DNA of 64,000 nucleotides from Octopus sinensis (taxonomy: Eukaryota). The translations under genes and the position numbers were made by a program. The stretch spans positions 52,080,001 through 52,144,000 of the forward strand of contig NC_043012.1 in the NCBI RefSeq assembly GCF_006345805.1. Reading direction: 5' to 3'. Shown one piece after another: positions 1-14,604 of the stretch. The notes beneath the pieces were generated by a model. The model was not told where the DNA came from, made no database searches, and worked only from the letters and a program-made list of their open reading frames with translations. Within the stretch, counting starts at the first letter, position 1. Every line of letters starts with the position of its first letter.

Positions 1-240
1 CCCTGTAGAACAGTTACAAAAGTTTTGTCACTGTGGCATGGCCAGAATAATCAGGAAAGTATTAGATGGCTGAAAAGAACGTAGAGCAGGGTACCGTAGG
101 CTGCATGTTAGAAGGCTCCAGAAGCTCCAACAAAACATGTGATAAAGAGAAATAATAATAGCAATAATTATAACAGCAACAACAACAAGAACAAAAACAA
201 CAACCGCGACAACAACAACTCTAACAATAACAAAACTAAG
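1..240 (+). mobile_element. 3' end of R4/Dong-like (RLE-type) non-LTR retrotransposon with (AAT/AAC)n tail
   Basis: 8-73 reads EQLQKFCHCGMARIIRKVLDG*, resembling the 'LQKxxLLGTAxIxRKVL' C-terminus of this LINE group; short 3' UTR, then AAT/AAC repeats at ~151-240. Confidence 0.6.
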
Positions 241-1036
241 AATTGTTTTCTAGCCATATATCGAATATGGCAAGGTTATAAACTTTACGCACGTATTATC
301 ATTGTTATAGAAACGTGCCTATGTATGCATATGTATATATATGCATACACCTATAGATATTTACACATATTCGTATATGCATGTGTGTGCGTGCGCGTGG
401 ACTAATATAGATATATATCATATGTGTGTGTATGTATGAGCCTTTGAGATGCATGTTTACATGTATAAATGTTTATATTGTATCTTCAGCAAACAATTCA
501 ATTTATGTGATAATACATAAATGTATATCACGAGACCGTAGCACATATTGGTTCAAACATACAACAAAGACTGCGTGTTGAAGTATTTACACCTTTAGAT
601 GTATGTATATGGTCGTGTATATTCTGGTATGAGTTAGTTGTCCACTGGCATGTGTATCTTACCTTTCATAATATAAATTTACCCCATGACCATAGACATT
701 GCCAAATATGCTTCATGCGTAAAATGTAAGCACATGATTACCTGGCATGCAATAATTTTGATAATATGTTCCTAGGATCAGTACTGACCTCGTGTTAAAT
801 AACTATGCCAACAACATTCAAGGAATTTTATACTCTTTCATCATTTTTCTATTTTGGCAAAACATTTTGCGTTTTCCAAATAAAAAACATAATAGGTAGT
901 AGATTATAAAACGATTTTGAAAACGGCGGCATGGTCTCACTGTTCTTTAAATACACCTCATTATATGTATGCTATATTAACTTAATATGAAAAGCAAAAT
1001 CGTCTTCTAAATTCGAATTGGATTCTAAAATATTAA

Positions 1037-1395
1037 GGAGTGGCTGGGTGGTAAATAGCTTGCTTACCAACTACATGGTTCCGCGTTCAGTCCCACTACG
1101 TTGCACCTTGGGCAAGTGCATTCTACTATAGCCTCGGGTCGACCTAAGCCTTGTGAGTGGATTTGGTAGACGGAAACTGAAAGAAGCCCGTCGTATATAT
1201 GTATAAGTATACATATATACACACATGTGTGTGTGTTTGTGTGTCTGTGTATGTCCCCCAACATCACTTGACAAACGATACCGGTGTGTTTATGTCCCCG
1301 TAACCTAGAGGTTCGACAAAAGTGACCGATAGAATAAGTACTAGGCTTACAAAGAATAAGTCCCGGGGTCGATTTGTTCGACTAAAGGCGGTGCT
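1037..1395 (+). mobile_element. tRNA-derived SINE, family A (3' tail truncated)
   Basis: A-box-like TGGCTGGGTGG and B-box-like GTTCAGTCCC, internal (TA)/(TG) tract; collinear with the other family A copies in the window. Confidence 0.9.
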
Positions 1396-1499
1396 TTCAA
1401 AATACCTTTATATAATTTTGGTAAATATATCTGTTAAAATGAGATGTCAGTGTTATTTTCATTTTTGCGTAAATTAAACTATAATATATTCACCGTACC

Positions 1500-1516
1500 C
1501 TATATATATGTATATA

Positions 1517-1572
<56 letters not shown>

Positions 1573-1595
1573 TTATGTGTATGTTTGTGTGTGTC
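1500..1595. repeat. (TA)n/(CA)n microsatellite
   Basis: Direct dinucleotide repeat; one of dozens of such tracts in the window. Confidence 0.95.
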
Positions 1596-2444
1596 TACAT
1601 TTGCAAATGAAATATGAATACAACAAATGTGGGAAATGCATATATGTATATATGCAAACAATTCATATATCTATGAAGTACCTTGTACGCAAATTATGCT
1701 AACTATATTAAATATACTATGCCAAAATCGGCTGAATTTGTGGACTACAAATTCCCTGCTATTTACGTAGAAAACAAATATGTATTATCTCTATATTTAA
1801 ATCTAGTCTACATAACATCATCAAATGTACAGGGTTTTTTTTTCATTTTATGTGACTAATGCTTAGTAGAGAAATGTACGTAAAAATGTTGTGAATTCAT
1901 AGTAGAAGTTACTTTCATGTTTATATTAATTGTTTTTGAAAATTAAATTCTTCTTTATATATGTTATACGAGTCACACATTGGTCCGCTACACTTCCAGT
2001 CGTCGGAGTAAGAAGCAAGTTCTGTTTATCTCCGATGGGAAACACTACTTTTATTAAAATACTCAAGCTTTATCTACTGCCATACCCACACGCTTATATA
2101 TTATATAACAATATCATTCTGTAAATTGTTGCCCAACACAGGAGACGTTGGCAAAGACAAACATGCTATAAAAGATTTAGTTGCTTTCAAAAGCAAAGCA
2201 TTACATACGACAGTATTTCTTTAATATATTCTAACAGCAATCGTTGCCGTATATTATGCGCTTCATGCACAAAGATAGTGTCTAGCTCGAAAAATTCAGA
2301 ATAAAACACTACGTGAATGAACGCATTGTGTAGCCCCTCCTGCAACAACCAGAAGAAAAATTTAGCTACAAACCATCTAACAAAAATATACAGAAGCACA
2401 AATACATGTCATCTTCATAAATAATAGTTTCAAATTTTAGCACG

Positions 2445-2635
2445 GGGCTAGCAGTTTTCCAAGGGGAGTGGCGATGTCAAATTGTATCGACACCATTATT
2501 TGATTGGGACTTATTTTATCGTCCCTGAACGGAAGAATGTCAAAGTCAACCACGGCCGAATTTGAGCTCAGAACATAGAGACATTCGAAATGACGCTAAG
2601 TTTTTATCTGGGGTACTAACGGCTCTGCGACCCCA
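2445..2635 (-). mobile_element. SINE family B, decayed
   Basis: Reverse complement aligns with the 19481-19708 copy (ttagcgtcatttcg...gttctgagctcaaattcggccg...gactttgac). Confidence 0.75.
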
Positions 2636-3428
2636 ACAACTGCTTCTTCATAAATAATACAACCGTGAATCAATGATTTACGAAGCAGAGCTCAATTTCA
2701 TGCCAAATAATGCGCAAAAGTATTGCAGCATTAAGGAATTGTCAATTCAAGCGAACATATTTCAACAAAGCTGCCTAATTTGGAACCATAGAAAAGGAAA
2801 ATAAAATAAAGCTGTATTATCAATATTGCATTCGACACAACGTACGTAATACTCGGAAGATAGGAACTATATATATACAATTTATAAGTAAGGGCAAAAG
2901 AAAAAATTTCTAATGCTAAAATATGCAGAGAAGATTCTTATGAACTAACACTGAAATCGGGTCCGATATGGTAATAACGGGATTTTTTTTAGAAATTTCT
3001 CTTGGCTTTCTTCGAAACGCGTGCTTGTAGTGATAAATTACATGGTTATTGACGTTCTGTATATTTTCGGCATATTTTGGCATTAGAAATTTCTCCTTTT
3101 GACCTTACTTATAAATTGTTTATAAATTTTAACTTTAAAGGTATTTTTAAATATGATGGCCATTGATAGAATTTTTTTCGTAAAATTTTGTCCTATATTA
3201 TTTATATATATATATATATATGGAACAAAATACTTTCATTTTTAACATAGTAGAAGAACACCAAACTCGTGGGCGGGCCACTAATAATCTGCTGATTTAA
3301 AAAGTCACATCAAAAGCTATAAGAAGACAAGCATTGACATTGACATAATGATATCTTGAGTGACCGAAAGCTAAGCAAAATATTTTCTATGTAAAATGCT
3401 TAGACAAGTATGTCTACGCAAATACAGG

Positions 3429-3498
<70 letters not shown>

Positions 3499-5639
3499 TA
3501 CATGTATACATATTATCTTCTCATTTAATGGCATGTTCAATCATTGATTACAATGAAATTTGCATTCAAATGACTTAACTTATTATTTCTTATTTCTTAT
3601 TGTATCTATTTCTGAGTGATTACAATCATGTATATAAGTAGACAATATATTATTCTTCGAATATTCAATTCAGAAGAGCGTAGGAGTGCCTAACACTGCA
3701 CACAAATATATATATATATAAATAATTTATTTATACGTAATTTATTTATACGCAATTTTTCAACCACATTATGAAATTTTAAAAATTGTTATAATTATAT
3801 ATTTCCGGACATAAAATTTGCATTGAGTTATAAATTTGCATTCATCTGACTTACAGAAATACTTAAAAATACATTCATATACTTATAATATACAACAGAG
3901 GATGGAATAAACGTTGTCATGAATATATCAGAATTTACAGCAGAAAACTCAATCGTTAAAAAAACTAATAAATGCTCATTGGAATATTATATGGCGTTCT
4001 ATATCATTGTCTTTAGAGATTTTTTTGTACGATTATGCAGAGTTCTTGCAGAAGTCGCAGAAATTTAAAATTATGTATAAATTTAGTAGAATCCATCATA
4101 GCTACTCATTTCGTTCTTTCACAAATAGTAATACGACTAAATTGAAGACTGGAATACATATTTCTCTTCAAGGAAGCCGAGAATGCTCTCGTTTCCTGCA
4201 AAAAATGTCTAGCGGGATGGAAGTTAAAAGAGTGTTGGTTTTTAATCCTGAGCCATAAATTCTACAAGATTTTAATATTTAGATTACAAATGGTGTTACA
4301 ACTAATGATGATGACACATAATGCAATACAAAATGTGTCTCTGCGTGTGTGTTTGTTTGTGTGTCAGTGTGTCCGTGACTGTGTCTGTGCATGCATGTGA
4401 ATGTATGCTTCATGCATGACCATCCAGAATATATAAATAATGGAAGCATAAACAGGTGTTACTTTCATCAGAAAAGAAATTATAGTGACAGGTATTTAAG
4501 TTGTACCCCTTTCAGCAACCTACTTTTCACTTTTTTTCCAATTGAAGAACCTCATTCTATTTCTGCTCAAAGAGTCCAGTCCACTTAACTGCAATCTGTT
4601 ATCAGACTGTAGTAGATTGTACATGATTCTACTCCATATAAGAGTGTATGTCGGAATCTTCATATATATTAGTATATACTGATTATTCCAAAGCAGATTT
4701 TTCACCTGCAAAAATGTGACACTTGTTATGCTAATCGTGTAAGAGACATCGTCACCAAGCAAAAGATGCACAAAAGTACAGCAATGAGTAAAAAGTAGCT
4801 GACACACAGGTATTTTGGATGCGTTTACTCCACTCAGACCTTATAAGAGAACTATATACAATGAACTTTAAAAATGGACGTGTATGTAGAAATGTAAGAG
4901 ACTTTACAATACTGATTGTGAATAGGGAAAACGCACAGGGATCTTTGGGGCTCTACTGTCGTCACCCCATATAGAATATAATCTTTTATTGGTTTTCTTA
5001 CTTATCTATTATTTATCGACTCTTTTAACGTGATTAAGTATAGGATACGCTTGTAACCATTTCTTTTTCATTGGCAATTTAAAATAAGATGTTTGTAAAT
5101 TATTCCAATCCATTTTGATTTTTTAAAAGCATTTCAACAGATAAAATTTATTTTAAACGTGTCTCTACTCTGACAACCTACTCTTTTAAAGGTGACCAAC
5201 CTGTATTGGATAATGTGGTCCGCGTTACGCTATGCATGAACAGGAAACATCTGTGAAGATTGGTTCCGCATCAAAGCACTCCTTTGTCACAACAAAATGA
5301 ACAAGATCCGTGTATGTACATGTAATACTCTCACCCAGCATGCTGCAACATTCCTTGTCAACACGAAGTTTACTGCACAAATACACAGAAATACTGAAAT
5401 ATAAGAATGAACTGTCACAGGTTGATTTTTTATATTTTAAGAACTTCCAAAGAAGGGCTTAAGTGTTTCTCTCACACGTTTAAAAAGAAATGTGTATTAG
5501 CATGTAAACTGTGTATTCACTTTAGACAACAGGCGAAGAAGGAAAAGGTAGCATATTTGCTCTCCTTCCCTATCTCTTTCTCACTCTCTTTTTTTATCCT
5601 CTCTCTCTCTCTCTCTCTCTCTCTTGGTATATATATATA

Positions 5640-5690
<51 letters not shown>

Positions 5691-5805
5691 ATAATCATGT
5701 CAAAGGGAAATGGAATTTAATTAAAATTAGAACATTCAATCAAAATTTACATTTCCAGTGGTCTAACTTGCAAAAAAAATTAGTCAAGAAGACTATATAT
5801 TAGTC

Positions 5806-6087
5806 ATACGATATAGTGTATATTTAAACAAATAAGGAATCCACTTAAAGGGAATTCAACACGCTAGAGAGAACAGCTAGGTTCTGTAAACTACAAAAAT
5901 AACGGATAAAATTCGACAGGAATAAATTTGGAAATGAAAAACATTTACCGTTTTTTCATTTCCAAATTTATTCCTGTCGAATTTTATCCGTTATTTTTGT
6001 GGTTTACAGAACCTAGCTGTTCTCTCTAGCGTGTTGAATTCTCTTTAAGTGGATTCCTTATTTGTTTAAATATACACTATATCGTAT
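5806..6087. repeat. Near-perfect inverted repeat (~136-bp arms, ~9-nt spacer)
   Basis: 5806-5941 is the reverse complement of ~5952-6087 with two transition mismatches; a (TA)n tract follows. Confidence 0.95.
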
Positions 6088-6116
6088 ATACATGTATATA
6101 TATATATATATACATG

Positions 6117-6148
<32 letters not shown>

Positions 6149-6179
6149 TACATGTATATATATATATATAAATAGATAT

Positions 6180-6220
<41 letters not shown>

Positions 6221-7424
6221 CGTACATACATATATATGTATATATATATATATATATACTTATATAAATATATACATAATATGTGTGGGGTGGTGTATCT
6301 ATATATATTATCTTACTTTCTGTAATATTTGCCGTCAAATGCATGCGGAAAATACTTCAATGATAATCATCATAAGCAAAGTGCTCGAACTTTGCTGCCT
6401 ATGAACATTTAAATAATCAGCGAGAAAGTATGTGCATATGCGATAGTATATGCGTTGTGTTGCCTGTAAGAGATGGATTCAATAAATCTGAATAGAGACA
6501 CAATAGGATAAAATAAAGAAAGAGCCGGTTTATATCGAGATATAGAATATATTTATATAATAAGCTAAAAATATTTCGCTAGTTCTCAATAAGATTCTTG
6601 CCTAATTCCACACTAATAAAAGCATTACTCTTCTACCATCTATTATCATGAATCCTTTCTATTTTACCACAGGAACACTTGGACCCGGGATTATTTATTT
6701 TATGCGTTGAACTAACACTATTTTATGCTTATCTGAGCAAAAGCTACTTTGTGAAACAGTGACGTTCCAAGACAAACAAATATAATTTTAGCTTATATAT
6801 ATATGTGTGTCTGCGTATGTAGGTGTGTAAGTGTACATATACGCGCGCACTCACACACAAAGATGTATACACATACACACACATGCAAACACACATACAT
6901 ATACAAACATGCGCACGTAGAAAAGTCAGTGAAAATACTAGGACAATGGTAGCTGAGAATGCATACATATATATATGATTACAAACAAATTCGACACATT
7001 AAAATTCTGAAATATTGTGATAGATATTCAAATATACGAAACTTCAAAGGAAATTGTTTGAGATAATAATGACTCTTAGACATATATCTACAGCCTGAAG
7101 TATAGATTTTTTATTAGACGTCATTTTGTAAAATCCGGCTAACATTTTATCGTTGATTTTCCGAATTATTCCTATTGTGTTTCACTAAGCTACAATCTTT
7201 TTAAGAAAGAAAAGTAAAAATATAAAACACCAAATAACAAATCACACAAATATTTGTATAGAAATGTATATATACCGATCTGTGGATAAACAAATATATG
7301 CAGAACGATAAATATATGCACACACTGACATATAAACAAACACACACCTCCACCGCACTCATAAACTCCGAAAGCGAACTCTCCCGTACAGTCACGTCTA
7401 TATATTTTCTACCTGACTGTATTT

Positions 7425-7448
7425 CTTTCTTCCTTCCTTCCTTCCTTC

Positions 7449-7510
<62 letters not shown>

Positions 7511-7551
7511 ATCTATATGTCTCTTTGTCTGTTTACCTATCTATCTATCTA

Positions 7552-7609
<58 letters not shown>

Positions 7610-7610
7610 G
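7425..7610. repeat. Compound (TTCC)n/(TTTC)n/(TATC)n microsatellite
   Basis: Direct tetranucleotide repeats. Confidence 0.95.
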
Positions 7611-7981
7611 TCACTCTGTCTGCCTGTATGTCTATCTATTAATCACTATATATACATTTATGTGTATATGTATGTATATATATGCAAATATATTTATTTA
7701 TATACGCGTGTGTATATATGTATACGGACATATATGTATAGAGGTTATGAGAGGTAATGGTGTCAATAAGACCCAAAGGTGTCACTTAATGTTGAGTAAG
7801 TGATATGTACACACCATAGTTAAGTTTGAGGTTCGGTGATCATGCGAATGAGGAAACCAACGCAGGTCATGTATCAGCATGTGTATGTATAAAAAAACTT
7901 TTTTTGAATGAGATAAGAATTTTAGAACATTTATAAATACTGTAAAATCTTTCACAGCCTTAGATTTTTATCGCATTCAAA

Positions 7982-8017
<36 letters not shown>

Positions 8018-8089
8018 CAAGGTAGATAGATAGGTAGATATACAGACACAGAAATATATATATATATATATGCACAGAGATAGATGGAG

Positions 8090-8570
8090 AGAGAACATTT
8101 GAACTTTTGCTTGAGAGGCCATCATGTTGCACCGTCTGAAGTCATGTTTCTGCTAGTTCTTTTGTACCGCGCTGATAGCAATATCTCTTCTCTGAAGCGG
8201 AGAACCCCTTCACTAAAGCTGCCACATCCTGAAGCATCGCAAGTTGTGTCTCATAGAGGTTGGGTCGAAGCTAGTAATAATGCGAGGGAGCTAGATCAGG
8301 ACTATAACGCGTGTGTGGCATCCGTTCCTTTCCTTCAAGATGCGTTTTTTTTCCGGGTCGTTTGAGAGGTATGAGATCCCGCGTTGTCTTCCTGTAGAAG
8401 TGTTCACATTTTGTTCAATAATGCCGAGTATTTGTGCCGCGCGGAAACATAAAGCCGTTCTAGCTGTTTGTAATGCAGGTTGGCATTGATGGTTCGACCG
8501 TCTTGTACGGGCTCTTAGTGAATTATCACATCATAATTCCACCAGGTACAGACAATCTCCTTGTATTCGA
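8090..8570 (-). mobile_element. Mariner (DD34D-type) transposase relic, C-terminal half
   Basis: Minus strand gives IVCTWWNYDVIIH*, LLQEDNAGSHT and YSPDLAPSHY (8277-8306), matching the mariner WW, DNA.xH and YSPDLAPSD motifs; stops and frameshifts present. Confidence 0.85.
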
Positions 8571-8719
8571 TACCTTCATATTTGACACCTCGAAGTTGGA
8601 CATTACCTAACCACTGCTCGTGCATGTAAGGATTGCGCAAAAATATCTCCCTCGGATTATTACTTATTCCGATGCATGATTCACTTCCTGCACATGCGAT
8701 TCATCATTACAAAGAACTG

Positions 8720-8935
8720 CCAGAAAGTGGTGGTGGTTGTGGTGGTCCTGATGCTGGTGTTGGTAGCCGAGGCGGTCAGAGATGACGATGAGAGCAAGTG
8801 ATGTGAAAGACAGTGGTGATGGTGGTGGAGAAGAAGGCGACGAAGTCAAAGGTATTGATAGTGATGGCGTCAGAAGTTTGAATGGTGTGTGTATGGCAGA
8901 TGTGGTGGTGATGGCAGTGATACTTCTGTTCATCA
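8720..8935. repeat. Degenerate (GGT)/(GAT) trinucleotide low-complexity tract
   Basis: ggtggt/gatgat-rich run; explains the His/Thr/Ser-rich ORFs here. Confidence 0.7.
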
Positions 8936-9937
8936 TGCAGCTTTGCAATCAGTTCCAAGTCGAGAAATTATAGTATTATTTCGATGAAAATTGTTCATTT
9001 TTTGAAAAATATTGTTCAAGTTTAATAACATTTAATTTTTACAAATACATGAAGAGTTATTGTTGAGCCCAAGGCCTAATGAAGAGTCTCCACAGGAGCG
9101 AGCTGAAAAGCGGCGCGATACTGCGGCTTTTAAGCTAGAATATAATATCAAAAAATAATATAGTATAAAGAAGTTGGACACACACAGAAAAAGATAGACA
9201 GAAAGATACATAGGTACGTACATACACACATACACACATAATACATACTTACATACTTACCCACGTAACTACATAATACTTACATACATACATGCATACA
9301 TAGTACCTACGTGCATGCGTACAAATACTCATACATATACATGCACTAAACTGATATTTCGTTCCTTCCATGAGAAAAATAAATATAGACACTTACGTAA
9401 AAGTAGTTACTGAATGCAGAGCATACGTTGAGATATTCTCAAGAATAAACAGTTTTCTAATATCTCATAACATTAAGAAAAAGATTGTTAGCAGATTACA
9501 CTAGGACTTAAATATTTCTGATATTTGAACGTAAGGTTCCATGTAAATATTGATGTGGCCAATACAAGACAAATGCTGCGGCAATGAAATATATCGGGTC
9601 ACAAATACGAAACCAGAGATTCCCTTTAGTTTCTAGACAGTGGGACTGTATTTTCTTCATAATATGTCGGTTTCAGAGATTTTTTGATTCGCTGGTTTGC
9701 TATTTGATCGCACATGAGATAAAGTTTTTGTTTATATTTCTGTCAATGGGATGATCATTTCAATAAATCAAGAATTACTCTTCTATGCAATTTAATGGGC
9801 TTTATTCGACTTAATTTTCCATATTCATGCCACAGGCCGCTCTGATTTATTTACCTTAGCTCATTTAAATATAGAAGTACACCGAAAAGAGACATATCTA
9901 TTATACATGTATGAATGCATATACGCATATATATATG

Positions 9938-9968
<31 letters not shown>

Positions 9969-9969
9969 G

Positions 9970-10062
<93 letters not shown>

Positions 10063-10957
10063 ATGTATCTCTGTATATATATTATGTATGTATATATGGA
10101 TATAAAAACATTTCATACATTCATATATACATACATATACTCAAAAGTACATCGATAACTAAGGAATGATAAAGTGAAAGGAAGAGAGAGAGGGGAAGAA
10201 AGGGAGTTAGAGAGAGAGTGAGTGAAAGAGAGTAAGAGGGAGGTGGAATATGGAAATGGATTTTTAAGAAATTCTTAATTCGTTGGTTGAATAACTTAGT
10301 GACAGTGTATTAGCAATTAATTGATTGATTATTTTATCGATCATTGAAATTGATTTATACTGCCGACAATGAAATGCCAGCAATTGTTGACAGAGTGAAT
10401 AATTAAAAACTTCACTTATCATTGCTGAGTAAGACATTATACTCTGTGAAATCTGTCTGTGTAATTATCTGTTGGCTATCTATATGCCATCGCCCTATCT
10501 ATTTATCTATGTATGAATTCGATATATATGTATATGGGTATATGTATGTATGCATCTATGTATCTACGGATGGGTATGTATTATGCATATATAGATACCT
10601 GGCGTATAATTATACAGTCAAATTTCATAGACTTCAATGTATTATTTAGTGATGAAGTTTCACTAATATATGTGTGTATGTGCGTGTGCACCCTTGCGCG
10701 AGTATGTTTGTCTGAGAAGGTGCGTAGCCTATTTGCTTGTGTGTTGCACTCATCTAGTGATCGTGCTTTCCGACCCAGGGCTACGCGGCTCATTGGGTTC
10801 TGGAGCAAAACAATTCATTCCTCTTCACTGCAGTCCACTCGTCTGTAAATCGGATTCAAGAAATAATCACTATTGCAGGCCTTTTATATAAAAAGTGTAG
10901 AAGCATTTCATAATTTTATATCTGATAAAATGTTATTCACCAGTGTTGACATACATA

Positions 10958-11361
10958 GGCGCAGGAGTGGCCGTGTGGTAAGTAGCTTACTTACCAGCCA
11001 CATGTTTCCGGGTTCATTCCCACTGCGTGGCACCTTGTGCAAGTGTCTTCTACTATAGCCTCGGGCCGATCAAAGCCTTGCTAGTGGATTTGGTGGAGGG
11101 AAACTGAAAGAAGCCAGTCGTATATATTTGTACATATATGTGTGTGTGTGTCTGTTTTTGTCCCTTCACCATCGCTTGACAAACGATGCTGGTGTATTTA
11201 CGTCCCCGCAACTTAGCGGTTCGGCAAAAGAGACCGATAGGATAAGTACTAGACTTACAAAGAATAAGTCCTAGCTTCGATTTTCTTGACTAAAGGCGAT
11301 GCTCCAGTATGGCCGCAGTCAAATGACTGAAACAAGTAAAAGAGTAAAGAGTAAAAGAGTA
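10958..11361 (+). mobile_element. SINE family A, full length
   Basis: GGCGCAGGAGTGGCCGTGTGG head, B-box-like GGTTCATTCCC, body and (GAGTAAAA)n tail. Confidence 0.92.
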
Positions 11362-11974
11362 TACAGTGATGTTAGTAGAGAGTAAAATTATACAAGAGTT
11401 TCTAGAATACGAATTCATAATTTACTGTTATGGTATCCATATTCAGACTGCGTGAATTGTTTTCATTTGTAAATCTATATCCTTCTTTGAAGCTATAATT
11501 CATATGATAAAAATATAGGGAACATATATAAATACAAATATAGATATATAAATGCATATACACATACATGGCTATCCATTTAATATCTAAATTCCAGGAA
11601 ACGTAGCGTTACTCAGAATTCAGCTTTTTCCTCATTCGTTAAAAGCTTGGAAGATAATATCAGACAAAACTACATACCAAAAAAACATAATACATACATA
11701 TATTCATATATGCAATCATGCAATCGGGAGCGAAAAGTAAGATATCAACCTTACTTCTATGTGGCCAAATGCAATAGAAAGAGAATTCTGTACCATTTTC
11801 AATAGTAAAACATGTGTAATTGGCTCCAAAAATTTCCTCATAGCTGTAACCAAACTGTATTTCGCGAAGGGATCTAATTGTTGAACACTGGTATGTAAGA
11901 GGCTAATATTTTACGGAAAACCACTAATACATATCTTCAAAAGGACGGTCAACTGACATGACAAACTGGCTGAC

Positions 11975-12310
11975 TGAGACCCCTTTCGGTGATGACTGAC
12001 CATGGGATTGCAAACTAGACAGTTACCCTCCCAGGCACAAGTCCGGGCAATGATGTTTACGGAAGACTAGCAGTCGCCCATGCATACCGGACTTCCTCTC
12101 CATGCCATCAGTGTTATCCAAGAGAAAGGCAAAGGTCAATACAGCTTGGCACCTGTGACGTCGCAACTCATTTCTACAGTTGAGTGAACTAGAGCAACGT
12201 GAAATAAAGTGTCTTGCTCAAGAACACAACACGCAGCCCGGTCCGGGCTTCGAACTCAAAACCTGACGATCCTAAGCTCGACGCTCTAACCACTGAGCCA
12301 TGTGCCTTCA
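11975..12310 (-). mobile_element. tRNA-derived SINE, family C
   Basis: Minus-strand head GGCACATGGCTCAGTGGTTAGAGCG...GAGTTCGAAGCCC, then a gtgttgtgttcttgagcaagacacttta block shared with family D. Confidence 0.85.
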
Positions 12311-12334
12311 CACAACTGGCTTGCTATAGCATAG

Positions 12335-14310
12335 ATAAATATTGTAAACAAGAATAAAACCTCCGATTTGGTTGAAAACTATAAGCCCATCGCTTGCCTA
12401 AGCATTTTGTACAAACTGTATACACGTTGCTTTGACCAATATCTCCAGGATCATTGCGAGTCCAAAACCGTAGATTGCTGAGCAGGCTGATGGAAGGAAG
12501 AGAGTGTGGGGATATACCGAACAACCTTTGATTGATAAAGCTCTACTGTCTGAAGTAAAAAGCAAAAAAAAAAATCGTAGTAGCCTTACAACTGAATGGT
12601 GTGATTAAAAGAGGGGATTTAACTTTCGTCCACTGTCATGGCTGCTGAATTGTCACCATTTGGCAAAAGATTATGCTGTTTTAATTTCTGCCATTGAGAG
12701 GCTCACAAAGACCTGAGTAACAATTCTAAAGCTTTAAACCTTGAGCGGAACGAATCGTCTTCAATGTTATAAATATGTCAATGAGAATATTCTAAGGAGA
12801 AAGTCTTTCTATAATTCTATTCGTTTTGGCATTAAATCCTTTATAATTTCCACTACAAAATCAAATGGCTAAATTTTAGGATCTGCAACTTCTAGAGATA
12901 TTAATGTAACTCATAATTTCTTTGTGGATGACCTCGAGGTTTATGCTAAAAGTGTTGACAATGCCAGAAATCAGCTGGAATAAATAACAGGATTGGAAAT
13001 GCTGTCAGGATTTGAATTTGACCAAGAGAAATACTCGTATTTGATTGTTGAACGCGCAAAATCGGTGCTAAAATCTATGTGTCAACGGTTGTATCTCTCA
13101 TGTCACACACGAAGAATTCTACAAGTACGTACGCATTGATGAAAACATCATAAGGATGTACTGTGAATAAAGACAGAGAGATCCTGGAATATTAGCTCAA
13201 TATTAGAAAAAATATGGCAGTCGGAACTTACCTCTTACAAAACAATAACACATGATGTATTTGCAGTACTAGCGCTGATTCCAACATTTGGGATACTTGG
13301 CAGTTCTGTAGAAGAAACACGCATAAATCCCATACACATTATGATAATAACTGGAAATCTCTAGAGGAATAGTGATATCGGAGGCGCTACCAAAGAAGAC
13401 ATAACAGATATAGGAGACTGGGATAATTTCATGCAAGGTGGGAATGACGTATATTCTCTCTTAGATTGCATTTACTAAATAATAATACCAAAAATAAATG
13501 CATTATGTTAGTGCAGAATAGTGGAGTGAACCATATACTACATGCTGGCAGTGAGCTCTTCAGACAGCTTTCACATCTTAAAGTCCTCCCATATAACCAC
13601 AAAACAGCCAGGCTGACATACTTCAAAGAAGACCCAGATTTGAAACACTCTGTTAACAAAACAAGATCATGTTTTCTGATGACTTGAAGAAGGTAGAAAT
13701 ATCGACGTGAAGCTTCCCTTGGTCTCGTGAGCGTTACCTCACAGGACACTTCGAAGGTATGCATTTGCATTCCAATAACAAAAGATTGCTACTAAATACA
13801 ACGCGAATAAAAGAGGCAGGGAAGCACTTGCAGTTCCAACATGCAACAACAAAATGGAGATTATATTATATTTTTCTTAAAGACATCACACATGTGATTA
13901 GCAACTAGCTAAAAATGTTATCAAGGTACTACCACCATATGTAACACGGCCTGTCGCAAATATAATATACAATACCATCCGGTAAGAAAACTGCCCAGAA
14001 ATAAATATAGAACATCCCCTGTTGTTGACTACATACACAAACATCAGACAAAGAATACTGGTAGAACATTCCCATCAAAACATGTGTCAAGAAGAGTCTA
14101 TACTGTAATAGATGGACAAGAAGAGTGTATACTGTAATAGAAGTTAACGGTCCTGCTGGTATGAATATCTCTTTGAAAATCTAAGAGAAAGAGTATAACT
14201 GTAGACAGCTGCTTGGGAGTCTCCAGCTTCTATATCCAGGTGATAAATTTTTATTTATATCAATAATTGTTCAGAAGTCGATCTTGCGAGTACATGCATT
14301 ATTGACACTG
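12335..14310 (+). mobile_element. Degenerate R4/Dong-like LINE ORF (RT plus downstream region)
   Basis: Fragments ENYKPIACLSILYKLYT, VWGYTEQPLIDKALLSEVK, THNFFVDDL (RT catalytic motif, 12921-12935), FYKYVRIDENI and KKIWQSEL...VFAVLALIPTFGILG; many stops and frameshifts. Confidence 0.85.
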
Positions 14311-14514
14311 GATAACCTTGGATTTTCAGAAAAATCAATCAACCGGCAAGCACATTACAAATTCTACAGTAAACATTAGCAAAACTTATATTCAAAATTT
14401 GGCATTGTTTTCGTTATCTACATTCCAACGAAGGAGCATCGTATATTTGTTACAAATCAGATCATTCTTCAGAGAAATAATTTACATAATTAGTAACAGA
14501 AGAGAACATACAAG

Positions 14515-14568
14515 CATACATGCATACATACATACATACATACATACATACATACATACATACATACA

Positions 14569-14604
<36 letters not shown>

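Noticed and set aside
9040-9150. Short protein-like frame IHEELLLSPRPNEESPQERAEKRRDTAAFK
   Set aside because: No usable splice acceptor or start in frame, and no homology recognised.
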